Assembly: GCA_964449735.1 (NCBI GenBank)
Contig: CAYUZO010000005.1
Coordinates: forward strand, 6,071 to 70,070
Direction: 5' to 3'
DNA: 64,000 nucleotides
Origin: an uncultured Ferrimicrobium sp.
GTDB lineage: Bacteria > Actinomycetota > Acidimicrobiia > Acidimicrobiales > RAAP-2
Shown here: one piece after another, positions 62,298-64,000 of the stretch
Layout of the letters: each line of letters begins with the position of its first letter
Numbering within the stretch: position 1 is the first letter of the stretch
The notes under the pieces: generated by a model
Databases searched by the model: none
The model's input: only the letters and a program-made list of their open reading frames with translations
Told to the model about the DNA's origin: nothing
Made by a program: the position numbers and the translations under genes

Positions 62298-63818
62298 TCA
62301 GGAGTCGAGAGGGCGAAAGTTCACGCCCCGAGCGCGCAGACGCCCGAGGTGGGAGCCCAGCCGCTCCCGGGCCCCCTCGAGCGACCCGGCCGTGCCCCAG
62401 AGCACCTCGGCTAGGGCACTGAGCCGGGGGAAGGCCATGTAGTCGAGGTGCTCAGGAGTGGCGATGTACTCGCTCCACAGTTGGCCCTGGCCGCCACGGA
62501 CTCGACGGGCCGACTCCGGGTCGGCCCCCGGCGGCAGCACCCCCCAGCCGTAGACCTTCTCCCACGGGATGGACAGTGAGGGTGGGGTTTGGGCCACGGG
62601 CTCGCTCGGGTCCGGGGAGTTGGGCCAGTCGAAGTAGGTGTACTCCATCGGGGCCATCACCACCTCGAGCCCACGCTCGAGGGCCTCGAGGCCCTTCGCC
62701 TCCGAGCGCCAGGCCACCACGACGGTCCCTTCGGGCACCGCGGCGTCGAGGACCTCGTCCCAGGCGAGCGTCTCGTGGCCGTCGTCGCGCAGTCGCTCGG
62801 CGAGCCGCGTGGTGAAGAGGCCCTGTAGATCCCGAGCCCGCAGGAGACCATGCTCACTCATCGCGGCCTCCGCGACGGGACTGGACTCCCACTCCTCAGT
62901 GGGGCACTCGTCACCCCCGATGTGGACGGGACTCCCCGGAAACAGCGAGGCGACGTAGCCGACCACCTCCTCGGCGAACGCGAGGCTCTCCCGGCTCGGC
63001 GCGAGGACCCGCCGGGAGATGCCCCAACGGGTCCAGACCTCGGCCGGCTCGCCGCTGCCGAACTCGGGGTAGGCCGCGAGGACCGCCTGGGCGTGACCGG
63101 GCAGGTCGATCTCGGGCACGATCACGATCCCCCGCGCACGGGCGCGAGCGGCCAGGCGCTGCAGGTCCGTCGCGCGATAGAAGCCCCCGTGGGGAGTGCC
63201 GTCGTCACGACCCTCACGCTCGTGGCCGACCGGGCTCGACCGCCGCCAGGCCCCCACTTCGGTGAGTCGCGGCCAACCGGGCACCTCGACCCGCCAGCCC
63301 TGGTCGTCGTTGAGGTGCAGGTGCAGCCGGTTGAAGCGGTGCAGCGCCAACAGGTCGATGAATCGCTCGACCACTTCGACGTCGAAGAAGTGGCGGGCCA
63401 CGTCGAGGTGGGCGCCCCGCCAGGCGAAGCGTGGCCGGTCGACCACGAGGCCGCGGGGCACCGACCACTCGGGGGTTCCGTGACCGAGGGAGAAGAGCGA
63501 GTCCGGTCCGAGCTGGCGAAGCGTCGTCAGGCCGTGCGCGACGCCGGCAAGGGTCGAGGCCTCCACGACGATACGTTCGCCGACGTCGACCCGGTAGCCC
63601 TCAGGCTCCCCGTGCTCGACGCGGCGGATCTCGATCGCGGCCGCCGCCGGGTCGGCCATCTCGACTGACTGTTCTGCGGCGACGGCGAGGTCCTCGGCGA
63701 AGATCTGTGCGGCGGGGGCGAACTCGGCCGGCACGCTCAGGGTCACTCGCCGAGCGAGTCGGACCTCCCCGGAGACCGGGTGGACCTCCAGCGGGCGAGG
63801 CCAGAGGTCGGTCCTCAC
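62298..63818 (-). CDS. beta-N-acetylhexosaminidase (GH20)
   Basis: HLDVARHFF, LHLHLNDDQGWR and HIGGDECP are present. I chose GTG 63818 because it overlaps the upstream ABC ATPase stop as GTGA. The ORF-track TTG at 63929 lies inside that gene. Confidence 0.88.
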   Translation of the reverse strand: MRTDLWPRPLEVHPVSGEVRLARRVTLSVPAEFAPAAQIFAEDLAVAAEQSVEMADPAAAAIEIRRVEHGEPEGYRVDVGERIVVEASTLAGVAHGLTTLRQLGPDSLFSLGHGTPEWSVPRGLVVDRPRFAWRGAHLDVARHFFDVEVVERFIDLLALHRFNRLHLHLNDDQGWRVEVPGWPRLTEVGAWRRSSPVGHEREGRDDGTPHGGFYRATDLQRLAARARARGIVIVPEIDLPGHAQAVLAAYPEFGSGEPAEVWTRWGISRRVLAPSRESLAFAEEVVGYVASLFPGSPVHIGGDECPTEEWESSPVAEAAMSEHGLLRARDLQGLFTTRLAERLRDDGHETLAWDEVLDAAVPEGTVVVAWRSEAKGLEALERGLEVVMAPMEYTYFDWPNSPDPSEPVAQTPPSLSIPWEKVYGWGVLPPGADPESARRVRGGQGQLWSEYIATPEHLDYMAFPRLSALAEVLWGTAGSLEGARERLGSHLGRLRARGVNFRPLDS

Positions 63819-64000
63819 GAGCGAAGGGCCACGCAGACGGCCGCGTGGGTCTCGGACAGCTCGACGCGCGGCGGGGCCCCCGCTCGACACTCGTCGCGCG
63901 CGAGCGCGCAGCGCGGCGCGAAGCGACAACCCGGCTCGGGGTCGATGACCCGCGGCGGCTCTCCGAGGTCGGGCTCCTCGCCGAGGTGGCCGGGCGCGAG
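63815..64000 (-). CDS. C-terminal end of an Opp/Dpp-type ABC transporter ATP-binding protein (5' part outside the window)
   Basis: The frame from the window end reads ...PEPGCRFAPRCALARDECRAGAPPRVELSETHAAVCVALRS*. This is the Cys-rich oligopeptide/dipeptide ATPase C-terminal domain pattern. Confidence 0.7.
   Translation of the reverse strand, partial: LAPGHLGEEPDLGEPPRVIDPEPGCRFAPRCALARDECRAGAPPRVELSETHAAVCVALRS

Overview
This is a 64-kb, gene-dense, very GC-rich segment (about 70% GC by eye). It looks like an Actinomycetota chromosome: GTG/TTG starts are frequent, 4-nt ATGA/GTGA start-stop overlaps are common, and DinB, DUF4232, DUF5666 and KdpF-type genes are present. All domain calls rest on motifs read from the ORF-track translations; no database search was possible. 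I call 64 protein-coding genes. Two are cut by the window edges and three are below the ORF-track size cut-off. I also call one tRNA-Gly(CCC) and several hairpins, palindromes and repeats. Functional blocks from start to end: (1) dcd. (2) A Liv/HAAT-type ABC importer, followed on the minus strand by a translationally coupled operon of family III CoA-transferase, HMG-CoA-lyase-like enzyme, embedded IclR regulator, PrpD and PrpB. (3) Assorted redox and hydrolase genes. (4) A CsoR-controlled permease fused to three YHS metal-binding domains. (5) A cytoplasmic PMH-like sulfatase. (6) An envelope block: SGNH hydrolase, ABC-2 exporter, NodB deacetylase-lectin fusion, serine hydrolase and a DUF5666 repeat protein. 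(7) A K+ homeostasis supercluster: micro-ORF, kdpFABC, a DUF4118 protein and KdpD on one strand, a divergent truncated KdpD-type kinase with KdpE, then a TMEM175-type channel. (8) A lower-GC patch with a SipW/TasA-like fibre operon and a DUF4232 gene bracketed by 31-nt inverted repeats. (9) A ComA (phosphosulfolactate synthase)-VOC-adenylase-acyltransferase operon. (10) A DeoR sugar-kinase operon. (11) A GH20 hexosaminidase. I saw no CRISPR array, rRNA, transposase, integrase or phage genes. The best candidates for something undescribed are three. First, the rewired three-protein Kdp sensor, in which the full-length KdpD has Glu in place of the phospho-acceptor His. Second, the inverted-repeat cassette around DUF4232, which sits inside an AT-rich spacer. 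Third, the comA-centred four-gene operon.
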